Of a DNA stretch of 64,000 bases, positions 36,935 to 48,819 are shown one piece after another; positions within the stretch are counted from its first letter, which is position 1, and the number at the start of each line of letters is the position of its first letter. The notes beneath the pieces were generated by a model. That model did not search any database. It saw only the letters and a list, made by a program, of their open reading frames with translations, and was not told the DNA's origin. Origin of the DNA: Takakia lepidozioides (Eukaryota > Plantae > Bryophyta); the NCBI GenBank assembly GCA_030704615.1, contig CM060733.1, positions 14,570,001 through 14,634,000 of the forward strand, written 5' to 3'. The translations under genes and the position numbers were made by a program.

Positions 36935-38849
36935 TCAATTGCTCATAAAATGAGTAATTATCGATGAGGCCAAACTAAAATGCAATGTAGCATTCTCAAT
37001 TGTTGAAGAATTGAACACCTAAAAATGGCTTACAATCACGGAAGTTGAAAGGTGGATTTAGCTATTATCTTTGAGGAGGATGTCATAAGACAACATCAAG
37101 TTGGAAATATACAATCGTAATAGAGATTGGCTCGAATTTTTTTTTTATAAAAAGTATACCAAAATGTTCGGCCAAAAACGTTTTCGAGGATTTATCGGCC
37201 GGAAGCCTAACATAATAAACATTGCAAGATTGAGAGAACGAGTGCAAAAAATTGGTAGAAAACATAGGAAGAAAGATGTACAAACGAAGAGTATCAAAAC
37301 GACAAAGAGGTGTACTAAAACATAGAAGTTCAGATTGTATTTTCTACTGTTTTGCTGTATCCATCAATGACAACGCTGCAATCTTACAATAATATGTACA
37401 AACATATTTTTCTTTCTTATCAAATACAAACAATTTCACATTGGTAAGACTAGTATGCTCAATCTTAGAAGACCCATCGGTGCTCTCTTTTGCTGAGGAA
37501 TCTGCCTCGGCCTTTTCAACTAGATATGAAGATTCAGAATCGAAGAAACACTGATATTGTGGGCTGCATCATTTGCGTCCAAGACAGGAGCTAAGTGACC
37601 TTTAGTAGAATTGGCATCTAAATTTAGCACAACTCAAGTAAATAAATATTTTTTGTACATATTGAAAATTACAACTCTGCGTAATACATCAAATGAAGGT
37701 ACAATGACAATAGAAACTCAGCTAGATTCATTGAACTTTAGTATTCAGGTTTCTACCAGTTAATTGATCACATCTTCGACTTGCCTCTAAGCCATTTTTT
37801 ATAATTATGAAAATGATTTGAATAATATGAACCAAAGCTTTGGATACTACCGCACTTTGTTCCCTTCTTGAATCAATATATATTATTATTCCCTTAAAAA
37901 CTGGCAGAACATTTGCTACTCAAATATGACTTAACTGTATAACCTTCGGTAAATATTATCTTCCACTAAGGCTCACATTCCCTCCGATTAGTCATTTCTT
38001 CTCGCTATTCTCATGTTCAACGCTTCCAGTAGTATGTGCGTTGTTCTTCTTCCTGAAAAGTTGACATTGATTGATGAATTATCATGGTTGATCTTTCTCT
38101 TATAAGAGAAATTAATGGAGCTTGAAACTTGAAACATGCATGTATGGATAATGGTGCTCCGCCTTCATACCATATTCACAAGTCTGTCAACAACTATTCT
38201 TCCCTCTCCACTACCTTGTTTTTGGTATATGTTCCTCGATTGGACTCCGTACTAAGATGAACTATTTACTTTTCAGATATAAACAAAATCTCATCACGGT
38301 AACAAAAAATCATCAAAAGTTTAGTTTATGCTTGGTATGACCTTGAAGCGGCACCTTATAGAAAAAATCATGTTGCCAATTCGTTGATTAAGATGCAAGC
38401 AATAATGGATTTAGATTGAAGAATGCAAATGACACGCTCTTTTATAATATAAAGTCGTTCCATTTATATTTCATAGTTTTCCTCAAAGCAATACTTCATT
38501 AGAGTTAAGATCTAAGTCAATGCGGTGATTAAGGTACGAGCGTTAAATTGCAGACCTAATTTATCAAAGCTCCCTAAAGAGGAAAGGAAGAAATAAAATT
38601 CTAATGCACAAAGAGATGAATGTCCAGATCGATGAACAATATGTGAGATATAAGGAGGCTTTGCCATTTTTTTATTGCTGTGGAGTTTTATGAAATGTTG
38701 TTATGGTTAATAATAATGTATCTTGATTCTGAAGTGATTATGAAGTGATGTTCTATTTTAAAATGAAATTTTATGTGTTTAAATTTGATATAATTACTTA
38801 TAATGACCTATCATGGAACATAAAATGATTGACAATGTCAAGAAGTTTG

Positions 38850-41040
38850 AAAGGTAAATAACTTTGTTTGTGCTCTGTCCAATACATTTAAGTGGATCCA
38901 GATTTGCATGGAAAAATAATTGCATTTGTCCAAATATGATCTGATTAAGATTGATAATCAGTTGTGTGTTCTGAAAATATTCATTGAAATTTGTGATCAT
39001 GTAATTTTGGAGTTATATATTTTTTGGATTGTTTCCTAATAGGTCTATGTTGAAGTCTCCAATGAATGTTGTTAGACAATGACGTGGAACATTACGATGT
39101 AATTCATGTAGGTGTGGTAGAAAAGATTGTAAAGACATTTTATGGGGTTTATATATTGCAAGTATGTGAGTTATTATTTTTTGGTATAAATGTTAAATAT
39201 TGCTGATATGAATTCAGCGCCATTGTATGTATGAATTTTATGGTTTTCTAGTTTCATAGTTTGATCGTATAGAAGTATCGTGTCTTGATTGTTGTAATGT
39301 GGTCAATTTTGGATTTGAGACAAAATATGTGAGATCTTTGAAGGTTGGGATCAAAATTTGTTTTGGATGTGGTGATATGTTTGAATGTACCTATTAAGTA
39401 CAAGCATATAATTTGACTAACATATCACATTTTATTTGAATTTCTATTACTTGTATGTAACCAGTTGTTTTGTTTGAATAATTTGGCAGTTCTATTTGAT
39501 TTGGGCAAGTTTCATGTCTCTTATCAGTTGCTTTGAAAGTGTATATTTGGCATTTTGTTTGTTCAAATGTGTATTGGTTGTGAGCTTGAACAAATTCATT
39601 TTTTCTTAAAGTGCAGAAATGTTGGATCAAACGAGGATTTTCCATAACAAAGTTTATTTATTATGTCTATATGCAGTCATGATTGATTTGTTAAGTATTT
39701 CAATGAATTCTTGATCAGTTTGTCACATGATTTCTTGTAATTCATAATATTTTATTTTATCAAAAATTTGTTCATAATATGTCTAGTCCATCCAATTGGT
39801 TAAAAATTCACGAGTCTTGAAATGTTGGTGGTGCTTGCTAAAACAAATCCAATAATTATACCATCTAAATTACCAAAGAAACTATATATTATGAATATGT
39901 TTAATAGATTTTAAACGTTTGTCGATGAAACTTGAAAGTGAGCATTCGGTTTTCTACGAGTGAAATTTGTCTAAAACTACCCTAGAGGTCGCTCTATTCC
40001 GACATTAATTAACTTTAAGAGAGAACGAATATTTTAAAATTGCCCTGGTAGTAGACGCAATATGGGAATAATCTTCATTTAAAAAGATGAACTTTGAAAA
40101 CAAAAGGTGGCAATATGGTAGTGAAAAAGTCAAGTTTGAAAGGGAAAAAAAAAACAAAGTTTAAACATGTTTACCACTAACCATGACTATGGTTTGCCAG
40201 AGAGTTATGGCTAACCATAACTATGATCTGCGACAGAGAATGTGAACTGTACGTGAATCTTGACATGGCCCACCTAAAATGAGAAGTACCCATGAGTGCC
40301 GAATTCCTGAAAATTTGGATGAAGCTTGAACGAAAAAATTAATATTGTGAGTAAGCCTGCTGAACCTGGCGACCTGCATGTATTTAATGATTCCGGCAAG
40401 GGTCCGTCGAAATAGAGCAGCCTCTATGGTAATAATTTTACTTGAGAAAAGACTCCGGCCGAGACCGGCGTAACTAAGAGCCACTTCGCCTCACGGCTAG
40501 TGCCTCCTTTTGGGGGTGGGGCCTATAAATAAGAAGGTGTGGGACAATTGTACTTGATCATAACTGTTTCATTAAATTGTCTCGACGATCGTCACTTTTA
40601 AGTGAGTCCATTTAAAGCTTTATTTAATGGTACCGCTAAACCTCAATGTATCGTTGTTCCAACAATGTTAAACATGACTTTTCTTGTGTGTGCCATTTTA
40701 AGGGTTTTTTTTTTGTTTTTTTTTTTTCAAATGATCAATTTTTTGGTGTACCAACGAACAAGTGCTTGTATTATAACCATTAAAGTGAAAGTGTTCCTTT
40801 TCCGGCTACCCCTGTTAAATATTAAATGTAAAGATTTTTCAGAATTTCTTTGTTTTGTATACGTAACGTCATAAAATATTATACGTTGTTCATCATTTAA
40901 TGTATGAACCATTGGGACAAAATTGACGATGGCAAAATTTGATTTTTTGATAATATTGTATTTATTTGTAATTGATGATGGTAGAAAAAATCCGGATTAA
41001 TTTGGCATTCTAATGATATATTGTATTTTCGCCCACAAGC
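38850..41040 (-). pseudogene. Decayed Helitron-like PIF1 helicase plus AP-endonuclease remnant (copy 1)
   Basis: LNDEQRIIF..LHLIF..TFTL, YDQVQL..LD, FIDKRLKSIK, QAPP; then TTFIGDFNIDLL, DHIWTN and YWTEHK exonuclease/endonuclease/phosphatase motifs; many stops. Confidence 0.7.
39980..40545. mobile_element. ~565-bp insertion interrupting the helicase remnant; carries the second copy of the structured core (40449-40527)
   Basis: Helicase homology to 48300-48345 breaks between YDQVQL and VLD exactly around this segment. Confidence 0.6.
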
Positions 41041-41109
41041 ATATTAGTAAGGGAATTTCAACATAAGTTGTTGTTTGTATTTTGAAACATATCCACATGA
41101 GAGACGGTG

Positions 41110-41590
41110 TTCATAGACAGTCTCAAGACGCATTGTCCGATAATGAAGATATTGTGAAACCGTATTGTGGCCGAGATGTGACCGTCCGAAAATACCGTTA
41201 AATCCATTCAAAGATATTGAGAAGGGATTATTTGTCCTTGTTCGCCCAAATGATACGGAGACTTTTCCTATTTGGATGGGAATGACAATATCGGATGTTG
41301 TACGAGATAGAGAAGATCGCAATTACAAAAAACTTCTTGTGGAGTGGTGGCGACCAAAGAAATGGGGCAATCCTACGGATGCAGATAGATACAAAGATTG
41401 TTGGTCCAAAAATTGGGAGTTCAACCCAATGGATCTCGCTCAATGAATTCATGTTGACAATGTAGTGTGGATAATGTCGCCGAGAAAAAATACGACAAAA
41501 GCAAGCACAGAAAAGATAACTGCTCAAGAGGCGGACAATGCTAGAGCAAATTTGGAACCAGCAAATCGTCAAGATAATGAAAACTAAAAT
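41110..41590 (+). pseudogene. Fragment of an unidentified, probably transposon-encoded Trp-rich protein C-terminus
   Basis: FVLVRP..FPIWMG..LLVEWWRP..YKDCW..WEFNP; GC-richer coding-like island within AT-rich DNA. Confidence 0.4.
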
Positions 41591-41899
41591 GGTATGAATG
41601 CAGACAACTCTCCAACTTTCTTGTTTCCTTGTAATGTTTTAAACCTCAATGACTTTGAATGATGGATAAAAAATAGTTGTTCTACTCAATTGTAATGTTG
41701 TTCATTCTTCTAGCCAAATTTGGACCACTTTCAATAAATTTTGTTAGAGTGGTTGGGATTAAAAAAAAAAAACTTTTACTTAGTAATACTTGCAAGTTTT
41801 TATATAATCTCCTAAAAACTTTTCTATTTTTTTTTTTGGATTGGTTTGGATTTTTTAATGACATTTTAATAGGTACTTAATGTTATTATTTCATAATAT

Positions 41900-43950
41900 T
41901 TGTTTCTTATCTAACATACTTTAACTTAGCCTAAGCCGAATACCACAAAAATATCTTTGTAATGTTTGAAGCTTGACACTCGGAATTAATTGTTTTTCTA
42001 ACTTTGAACAATGGTTGGAATATTTAATTAAAAATTTGTATAGGTCCTAAATACTCTCCCATCACTCCTGTCATTCATCCTTTTGTAACCCTATAGCCTA
42101 AAATATAGTTGCTACATTTGAAGCTCAATTAATTACGTTTTTCAGCTTACATGTATGACAGAGTCATCGAGATATTTACTTGGAAATTCTTACTCTTCCA
42201 TATGTTTTTTTTTTAACTTGAAGTACTTTTGTTTATCCGAAACCCTATACCGCAAAACCTCATTCTAAAAGTTCATTCAAATCAATTTTTGAGGTTTGGG
42301 TATAATATAAATTACAATGGTTAGAATATTATATTGACTTGATTGTTGAATGTTTTAAAAATTATAGGTCCTAAATATTCATGCATACTTTTATGTGATT
42401 CATATTTTTATTTCTTATAAACTTTATGCCCCTAAAACCTTATATCCATGTTTGAAGCTTCTTAAGAAAGCAAATTCATACTTTGGAATACAATGCATTC
42501 AAGGTTGGGATATTTGATTGAAAGTTTTTATAGGTTCCATATATTGTTGTTGTTTTTTGAAAGTTTTATAGGACCTCGTACACAAACTGTCGCTTCCATA
42601 TTAGTTTCTCATTGATATTTTTGTCCACCTCATATCGATGTTTGAAGCCCAAGTCCCGTGTTTGTTTTTGTTTTTTTTTCCTCCCATTTCTAAAATTTTC
42701 AGCTTTGGGGTATAACAGAGGGGACAAATTTTAATCCCAACATGTATAAGATTGAATTAGCTCATTAAAATAATTGCTTAGTACTACTTGATAGCAATTT
42801 TGTATGGAACTTCCTTATAAGCACTTTTCAACCCTTTGTTTACATTGAATAGATATATTTGTTTTGGCTAATACTAAGCTTTGGGGAAGTTTATAGAATT
42901 TTACAATATCTAATTGAGAGATTTTATATGTCTTAATTACTCTTGTAAATTTGTTTGTCATTGAATAGTACCAAATTTGCTTACCCTAAATCCTAGTATG
43001 TCATCTTTTTTTATTGTTTGAGGCTCATTATTCTTTCCCCCCCATTGATTCACTTTATAATAAGATAAAGTGGTCTGGATTTTTAATTGATATTTTTGTA
43101 GATCCTAAGTTCCATTCTTTCATGTTTGTTCTTACCTATACTTTAGTTTAATAGCCTAAGCCCAGTACTCCAAAAAATATCTTTGTAATGTTTGAAGCTC
43201 ACTCAAAAATTTCTTTTCTAACTCTGGGGTTGCATACTACTAAGAGTTGTTGGAATATTGAATTGAAATTTTGTATTAGTCCTAAACAGTATCCCATTAT
43301 TTGTATCATTCACACTTTTGCTTGTTCTAAACCCTAGCATTCCCTAAAATGTAGTTTCCACATTTGAAGCTCATTGATTCATTTTATTCTAGCTTATATG
43401 TATGATAGAGTCCTCGGGATATTTACTTGGAAATTCTTATATGTTCTACACACTCTTCCAATTTTATTTTGTACTTGATAGTACTTTTACTTCTCCAACC
43501 CATTATATCATAAACCTCATTCAAATATTTGAAGTACATTCAAATCATTTTTCCAGCTTTGGGTATAATACAATTATGGTTAAAATATTACACGATTGAA
43601 CGCATACCTTTCTTGCATATTTTGTGTGATTCATACTTATAATTTTTCTAAAACTTTATGCTCCTAAAACTTTATATCCATGTTGGCTTAAAAAAACACA
43701 TTCTTACTTTGGGGTACAATGTATTCGAGGTTGAGATATTTGATTGAAAGTTCTTATAGGTTCGATGCACTGTTGTTTCTTTTTTCCCTCTTTTCATACT
43801 TTTTTCTTATCTTAAACCCTACAATACCTCAAAACCTCATATCCCGAAGCGAGTCATTGAAAAAATAAATGTACATAGTTTTGGAGTACATTGATATATT
43901 GGTTTGGAGAAATTATATCGATTAAAAATGTCTAGAAGTTCCATAGGTTC
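41900..43950. repeat. Degenerate AT-rich tandem array (roughly 170-bp subunits) with a ~1.2-kb higher-order duplication
   Basis: Recurring TTTGAAGCT, TTTGGGGTATAA, GGTTGGAATATTT and TTTATAGGTCCTAAATA motifs; 41925-42560 aligns with 43150-43780. Confidence 0.75.
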
Positions 43951-44619
43951 CATACATTTTTCCACATTTTATTAATGTTGATTCGGATTTCTCATGTGAG
44001 TAAGATTTTATTTTATTTCCGTGTACCGTTTTGATTTTGAATACCTTTTAGTTCGCCTTCGGGCCTTGTATTCATGTGTTAGTATTCATAAATTTATATC
44101 CGTGGTTATTCTTTTGCAGGAGTCAATTTGGATTCGAGACCGACATACTTTATTTTACAAAATAAAGTATTTTGTCTAAGTTCGAGTCTTCATTTTTACA
44201 AGCTTCTAGTTTCAGGGCTAGGGTGTTTGTGGACTATATATAGTGCATTTGTATTGGGGATAATAGACTTATTGACAACATGTACTGGGTAATGATGTCT
44301 AATGGATACTTGTGCTAATTAGTATATATCCTTTGCATTGACTAAATTTGTATATCATTCGACTTTGATGTCGACGTTTAATGAATTTGGAGTCATGCAA
44401 ATTGTGTTATTAATATGTATCATTTACATTGTCTAATGTATATCATTCGACTTTGATGTCGACGTTTAAAACATTTGGAGTCATGCACATTCACTTGAAA
44501 AATAAATCTTGATTCATTGCTTCATAATATTGTAATTATTCAATTTAATTTAAATGTAAAATTATATTAAGTTTTGTCCGGATTTAAGCCAAAAGTCCAG
44601 AATTAGTTAAAATTGAGTT

Positions 44620-45988
44620 AATTGCTAACAATCGTGTGTTTCATGCCCGAACCAAGCACATAGAAGTGCACTATCATTACATCCGTGAGCACCAGTGGGG
44701 AGGTCGATCTTGCTCACGTATCCTCAAACCGTCATCTAACAAATATTTTTACAAAACCACTAGGTAAACACAAGTTTGAGTTCTTCCGAGATGCTCTTGG
44801 CTTGGTAAGCCTAGAACAACTGATGAACGACAAGAAGCTTGTTTGATGGTTGAATGTGAGAGGGGGTGTTAGAATGCTTCAGCTTCTACCTTCTTACACG
44901 GAGGGTATGTGTCAGCATATGTGCTTTATATGTTGATCAGTATAAAACATTTCATAGCTGAATTCTGTTAATCTATTGGTCCTGCATCCGTGGATGTTGG
45001 ATGGCTCTACCCTGGAGTCCGCAGCTTCTCCATTCAGGAAGACCAAGGAAGAACACGAATTCCAAGAGGAATATAGAGCCAAAGAGAGGCAGACTTTCGG
45101 ATTATGTGAGAACAACTCGAGTTTCAACCTCGGGACAGTAATGGCAGCATGCTGCAACACTCTCCTGAGCTCGCAGCCATACCTTAAGCATTTTCTTCTC
45201 CTTGCGGTGAAGGAGCGGGAAGCCTCACAGTAGGCAACAGAATCCAGGGCCTGGCTGTGGAGCTTAAATAACCATCCAGCGTGGAAAATTCCGGCCCTGG
45301 CCTCTTGTAAGTGATGCCTCCCGAGCTTCGGATGTCGGAGAAAAGTATAGGTCTGCGTGTGAACTTTGTGAATTTTTGTGGGTCTCTACATTGTGCGCGT
45401 CAGAGCCATCAGGCTCTATAACGTGCTCCAGCAGAAACTGTGTCCATGTTGGCAGAAGTAGTCTTCTCTATGGTAAGTGTAACCGAGGGTTCAACATCTT
45501 TGCTGAAATTTTTTAAATACCTATCCTCACTGATTGCCTCACAAAGCATAGTTCATAGGTCTTGTGGGATACCCTCATTTTGGCGAAATAGCTACTCATT
45601 ATTCGTAGAAATCTGCAAGAGGTGCAAACATTTTGACTCTAGAGAGTGGAGCAGTGATTACCACCATGTGAAACACATTTCTATGGTCTCTCTGTAGGGT
45701 GCAGAGCAACAATTACCGGCCATACTGAGGGATGGACAAGGGAGGGATGTCAACGAGGGATGTCTATATAAATTGACCGTTTCTTGGCAACGTTAGTTAT
45801 CACATGGCATAGTCCTCCAGCGAGTTGTGGGGTTTCTACCCACTAGAGTATGGACCCTCAGCCCACAAACTTTATACAAATACCAATGGGAGGCAGAAGA
45901 ACAACACAGTAGAGAATGAACAATACCAGAAATAAACAATAGAAATAGACATTGTAACTTGCACCGAAAGCTCAGATAGTTCCTAACA
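44620..45988 (+). mobile_element. 3' end of a Ty1/copia element: RNase H tail, PPT and 1122-bp LTR (44867-45988)
   Basis: NRVFHARTKHIEVHYHYIRE..IFTKPLGKHKFEFFRDALGL; PPT GAGAGGGGG; LTR ends TGTTAG...CTAACA. Confidence 0.88.
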
Positions 45989-48470
45989 TGTCAATGTTGA
46001 AATCTCGAATGAATGTTGTGGGACAATGACGTGGTTCCTTACGATATAATTCATGCAAGTATAGTAGAAACGGTTGTAAAGGCATTTTAGGAAGTTTATA
46101 TATTACAATTATGTGAATTACTTTCTTAATATATGAATGTTAAATGTTGCTGATATGAATTCAACGCCATTGTATATATGTCATAGGTTTCTAGTCTCAT
46201 AGTTTGGTCGTACAAAATTGTCATACAGTGATTGTCGTTACAACAAATGAGCGATAATTTATAGCTATTGGTGAATGCGGACCAATTTGGATCTGAGTGA
46301 ATAACGTTTATTTTATTGAGACATAAGATGTGAAATGCTTGAAGGTTGGGGTCAAAATTTGTAATGTTGTTTTAAAGATCGAGTGTTTAATGATTGTATA
46401 ATTAAGAAAGAACGTCATAATTATTTTATAATGGGTATTGTTAAAATATATTTTGCAGTTGTTCGGAGGTTTTCCATTTCATGTGCAACTAATTTGTCCA
46501 CATGGAAGTTTTATGGTTCAAGTGGATTCAATAAAAATAAATGTTCTTTTTGACGTATTATAGACAAAGTTGTATATGTTAAGCTGTGTTTGTTACACCT
46601 TGGGATCAAAAGCCAATCTATCAAGTGTGAGTCTTTGTGCTCGATGTATTGTTCGAGCAAATTGAATGGGGAATTGTATACGAGTGATAATTATGTGTTG
46701 AGAATTATGACCTATTCGAATGTCTTTTGCTTTGGCTGTTATTGGAGTCTAACTTCATGCTACGTCATGGACTAAATCATATAAATTGGAATGGACAAAT
46801 CTAGTTTCCTGACAAATTTTTGCATCATGAAATTGTATCCAAATTAATTCGGAATGCGTTTGGATGTGTTGACATGTTTGAATGTACCTTCTGCTCTATT
46901 TACTAGTCCAACATGTGTATTATAATTACCGGCGCATAATTCAATTAACATATCACATTTTATTTGAAGATCTGTGTGTAAACAGCTGTTTTGTTTAAAT
47001 CATTTGGTAGTCTATGTGATATGGGCAAATTTTATGTGTTATATCAGTTGCTTTGAAAATGTATATTTGGCCTTTTGTTTGTTCAAATGCGTATTGGTTA
47101 TGAGCTCGAACTACTTTATTTCTAAAACATAAGTGTGGAAATGTTGGATCAAATGAAGGTTTTTGTACCATAATTTATTTATTATGTCAACTTGTGTTTA
47201 TGTTTGTTTGGTTGTTTAAAATTTGTTAAGTACTTCAATGAATTCTTGATCAGTTTATCGCATCACTTGATGGCGGGAGAGAAGAAAGAAGCTTGCTTAT
47301 TTACACCTTGTCTTATTATGTCCTCCAATATAATTCGTAACATTTGATCTTATCTTGCCAAAAATTTGTTCCGAACATATCCAGTCCATCAAAAATACTT
47401 AAATCAGCCAGACTTATTAGAACATATTTGTCTTGCAGAAGTTGCTCAATATGACCTTAACAACTTTAAACACAAACGTAAATCAACAATTATTCTTTGG
47501 GTCCATTACAATGTTCATCATGATGCTGGGAATTATTATAGAGAACAACTATAGCTATTCTTCTCATTTTGAGGGTCAGAACAATCTCAATAAAACAATC
47601 ACATAACTTAGCATGATCCATATACAAAGAAACAAACTACAATTCAACAAATTTATAATAAATACACATTCAAAATTTTAAATACTGAATCAACACAAAA
47701 TTGTGATTGACATTCTTTACAAAATATTGTTAACGACCTTGCAGAACAAAATAATGATAATGTATCGATGAATATGTTTCAAGATGCAAACGACAACACT
47801 CACGTTCAAATTCCCTTTACTAATACAATTGGAATTGAAAAATATGATGTACCGTTAGAATGCCAAATTAATCATGCATTTCTTCTACCATCACAAATTT
47901 AGAACAAATACAATGTCATCAAAAAATAAAATCTTACCATCGTCAGGTTTTTTTGCAATGGTCCATACATTAAATGATGAGCATCGTACAATATTTGATG
48001 ACGTTATGTACACAAAACGAACAAATTCTGAAAATCTTTACATCCGTTTTTAACAAGAGAAGCTAGTACAAGAAAAACTTTCACTTTTAATGGTTATAAT
48101 ACAAGCCCTCGTTCGTTGGTACATTAAACAAGATAAAAACTGTGATCCTTTGAAACAGAACCCTTAAAATGGCATATACCGGAAAAGCCACGTTTAACTT
48201 TGATGGAACAACAATCCATTTAGGTCAAGCGATACATTTAAATAAAGCTTTAAATGGACAAACATCTTTAAGTGACGATCATGGAGACAGTTTAATGAAA
48301 CAATATGACCAAGTACAATTATTAGTTTTAGATGAAATTTCGAAACAGAATTATGCTACTTTCATCAATAAGAGATTAAAATCTATTAAATAATTAAGAT
48401 GTTATAATTACCGGAGATTTTTATCAAGCACCACCAATTCAAGACTTATGGGTTTTTAAACCAAAAGTTT
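45989..48470. pseudogene. Decayed Helitron-like helicase plus AP-endonuclease remnant (copy 2), with 47391-48470 inverted
   Basis: 45989-47390 (minus) parallels 39050-39790; 47391-48470 (plus) has LEHICLAE, NYYREQL, MAYTGKATFNFDGTTIH, LVLDEIS, GDFYQAPPI. Confidence 0.8.
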
Positions 48471-48819
48471 TAAAATTGATTTACATTTAATATCAGTAGA
48501 ATCAGGTAGTAAATTTTAAACTTGTTGGGTTTAACACAAAGCTCATGTTCGGGTGATGTATTTATGAATTGAAAGGATCTAGAGACATGATGCAATGGAA
48601 GTGACAAAACAAATAAGCTGTCAATTGTGCAGACATGTATTGTGAGTTTAAAAATGTATTTTTCATTTTTTTTTAATTATTTGTGTTGCTCTAGTTTGTT
48701 CAATTTTACATTTTTGAAGTACAGTATTTTGGTTCACGCATAATTGATTTGTTTGCTTTTGTTAAATATGATGTGCAATATCCAGTGACATTAAGGCTTC
48801 ATGTTTGCATAGTATGGGT

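Noticed and set aside
44758-44773. CACTAGGTAAACACAA, a 15/16 match to the CACTA TIR at 58657-58672
   Set aside because: It lies in frame within the conserved copia RNase H KPLGKHK motif, with no subterminal repeats and no CTA TSD
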